This document shows positions 62,007-64,000 of a stretch of DNA of 64,000 nucleotides, one piece after another. The stretch comes from Coniocarpon cinnabarinum (Eukaryota), in the NCBI GenBank assembly GCA_051942205.1, contig JAVECO010000073.1, positions 1-64,000 of the forward strand, given 5' to 3'. A program made the position numbers and the translations under genes. Below the pieces are notes generated by a model. The model was not told the DNA's origin and ran no database searches. It saw only the letters and a program-made list of their open reading frames with translations. Position 1 is the first letter of the stretch. Each line of letters starts with the position of its first letter.

Positions 62007-64000
62007 TCAATTCGACACCATGCTATTTTGTCGACTAGCGTGACCAGTTGGATTGCTAAGTCCGCTTCCCTCACTTGGTGTCTGTGGTGTCTGAACACCA
62101 CTCGTAGTCGGTTCCAGATTCAGCTGATTCCTCAACGTCATCATCCACTCATGCTGCAGCAACTCCACCGCGCTCGCTCGTTTACTCGGGTCCCGCTCGA
62201 AGCACTTCTTGAGGAAGTCTATTCCTTGATCGCTGAGCTGATCACTTGCAGGCAATTGCGGCGTATTGCCCTGCGCAATGTTGTACATGATGGCCCACTC
62301 GTTGTCCAAACTTGCCCATGGCCGGCGACCAGTTGCCATCTCGAGGATGACGCAGCCAAGAGACCAAGTATCGACAGCGCCAGGACGTGGAGTGGACATG
62401 GGTGAACCGGCCGCCCCCGGAAGCGAGGAGGTGCCGCGGATAACTTCAGGTGACATGTACATCGGCGTGCCAGTCATGGATTTTTGGCGGCCACGACCAG
62501 CGGCTGCAACAGCGTTGCTGGCAGGTTTTTCGCCTGGTCCAGCAGGGGCTAGGGTGCGGCCAGATTGCTTCGCAATGATTTTTGCGGCACCGAAGTCGAC
62601 ATACTTCAGAACTCCGTTGTGGTCCAGAAGGATGTTTTCGGGTTTGATGTCGCGGTGAATAACGCTGGACTCGTGAAGATAAGCCAGACCTTCCAGGAGT
62701 TGCAATGCATACACGCTGATGACAGTCTCATCCTCGATGCGCCCATGTTCGAGGAGTGCGGCCAACGAGCCGCCACTACAGTATTCCATGAAAATGTAGA
62801 CTTTGTCGCGATGCACCTCAATACCATGATAGGTGACGATGTTGGGATGAGAAAGGTTTTGCAGGACGGAAATCTCGTCACGAATCTGGGCGACTATCAT
62901 GGGAATCATTTGAGGATCCTGAAGCCGGATTTCTTTAACAGCCATGAGATGGCCCGTGTCAATGTTCGTTGCCACCCAGACACTTCCAAAGGTGCCACCG
63001 CCGATATACTGCCCTTGCTGCCATCGCAAGGTGACGTTGGTGGCGGAAGCTGAAAGCCAAGTGAGAGAACGATCTGCTTCGGTCGAACCCTCGAGCACAC
63101 GACCGAAAGCGCGAAACTCGGTCTCCTTCTCCAGTCGTTGAGCATCCAGGAGATCGAGTTGGTCAAGCCACTGTTGACGAACGAGATCTGCGCTTTCCTC
63201 ATCATTCTTGAGCTTACTAACGTCAAGCTTGAATTTGCCAATGAGTGACTCGCGCTGCTTCTCAGCCTGTGCTGCGGCCGTTGATCGGGCGCCCATGATG
63301 TCGAAGTGAGAAATCAAGAGACTCATGCATCCGGACACTTTGGTACGAAGCTTTGCATATTCTTGAGGGGACAGGAGTAGAATGTTCTGCCCCCAAGTCC
63401 GCATCATAGCAAACTCCAACGCTTGGACGGCCCAGCGAAAAGTTCTCCGCTCGGCAGCTTTGCAGTCGTCGCTTATAAACGATATCCAATCAAGTGACAG
63501 ACGTGCGAGCCGCTGATTGTTCAGCATGCGTCGGTTGCGGTCCATGTAAATGACAGAACGTTGGCCAAACTCGGTGGCAAAGGCGAAGCATGTTTGAATG
63601 AGCTCTTCACATTCCACATCAGCAAGTTGCTTGCGAATAATTTCCACACTGTCCATGATAGTGTTCGAAAGGTCGTAAGTCTTTTTTCTGATGAAGTGTA
63701 GATGCTTGTCGACACCAGCTAGGTTAGCACATTGAGGCGTGACAACGTCAAACTCAAGGCCTATGGTGTCCAAGAAGATGTCGACAGCGTTGGTCAACAA
63801 CTTCTCGGCACCTTGAGCGACAACACGAAGCTTGCCAGGCTTGACATCGAGCTTGGGCAGCCGCATCTCCACGTTCATCCGATCTCCATCCCATGAGAAT
63901 GGTGCTTCCAAACAGAGGATGAGAAGGTAAGGCTCCTTGTCGTCGGGTGCGTCGATACGATACGCAGCTTCCATTAACATAGTCACTTCTCGAGGCTGAT
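62007..64000 (-). CDS. SSK2: HOG-pathway MAP kinase kinase kinase Ssk2/Wis4/OS-4 (5' part outside the window)
   Basis: RWQQGQYIGGGTFGSV, MAVKEIRLQD, YHGIEVHRDKVYIFMEYC, HRDIKPEN, DFG, GTPMYMSPE, RPWASLDNEWAIMYNIA; KVSGCMSLLISHFDIMGARS regulatory region. Confidence 0.97.
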   Translation of the reverse strand, partial: QPREVTMLMEAAYRIDAPDDKEPYLLILCLEAPFSWDGDRMNVEMRLPKLDVKPGKLRVVAQGAEKLLTNAVDIFLDTIGLEFDVVTPQCANLAGVDKHLHFIRKKTYDLSNTIMDSVEIIRKQLADVECEELIQTCFAFATEFGQRSVIYMDRNRRMLNNQRLARLSLDWISFISDDCKAAERRTFRWAVQALEFAMMRTWGQNILLLSPQEYAKLRTKVSGCMSLLISHFDIMGARSTAAAQAEKQRESLIGKFKLDVSKLKNDEESADLVRQQWLDQLDLLDAQRLEKETEFRAFGRVLEGSTEADRSLTWLSASATNVTLRWQQGQYIGGGTFGSVWVATNIDTGHLMAVKEIRLQDPQMIPMIVAQIRDEISVLQNLSHPNIVTYHGIEVHRDKVYIFMEYCSGGSLAALLEHGRIEDETVISVYALQLLEGLAYLHESSVIHRDIKPENILLDHNGVLKYVDFGAAKIIAKQSGRTLAPAGPGEKPASNAVAAAGRGRQKSMTGTPMYMSPEVIRGTSSLPGAAGSPMSTPRPGAVDTWSLGCVILEMATGRRPWASLDNEWAIMYNIAQGNTPQLPASDQLSDQGIDFLKKCFERDPSKRASAVELLQHEWMMTLRNQLNLEPTTSGVQTPQTPSEGSGLSNPTGHASRQNSMVSN

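Overview
Eukaryotic, intron-containing DNA from a filamentous ascomycete (Pezizomycotina-type GT-AG introns of about 50-65 nt with CTRAC/CTRAT branch sites). It is gene dense and mostly housekeeping: Ura1-like flavoenzyme, sphingoid base kinase, splicing factors CLF1, PRP31 and CUS2/Tat-SF1, mitochondrial L2, cyclin B, a Zn2Cys6 factor, PAP2 phosphatase, mitochondrial carrier, RIX7, VPS20, an alpha/beta hydrolase, a desaturase-like protein and a 5'-truncated SSK2-type MAPKKK. Exon structures were reconstructed by hand from splice signals and frame continuity. No rRNA, tRNA, CRISPR or intact transposase was seen. The main signals the ORF track does not explain are: (1) two related inverted-repeat elements 48 kb apart, built from a CACGTCA-N19-CACGTGA arm and both in apparent divergent promoters; (2) a spliced 66-aa hydrophilin-like gene missed by the ORF track; (3) HeLo-like/ubiquitin-like/Zn-ribbon and caspase-like genes of possible cell-death function; (4) unusual splicing, namely three obligatory AAG acceptors, a GC donor, in-frame introns and long structured introns in RIX7 and CUS2. 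No complete new multi-gene system could be demonstrated from sequence alone.
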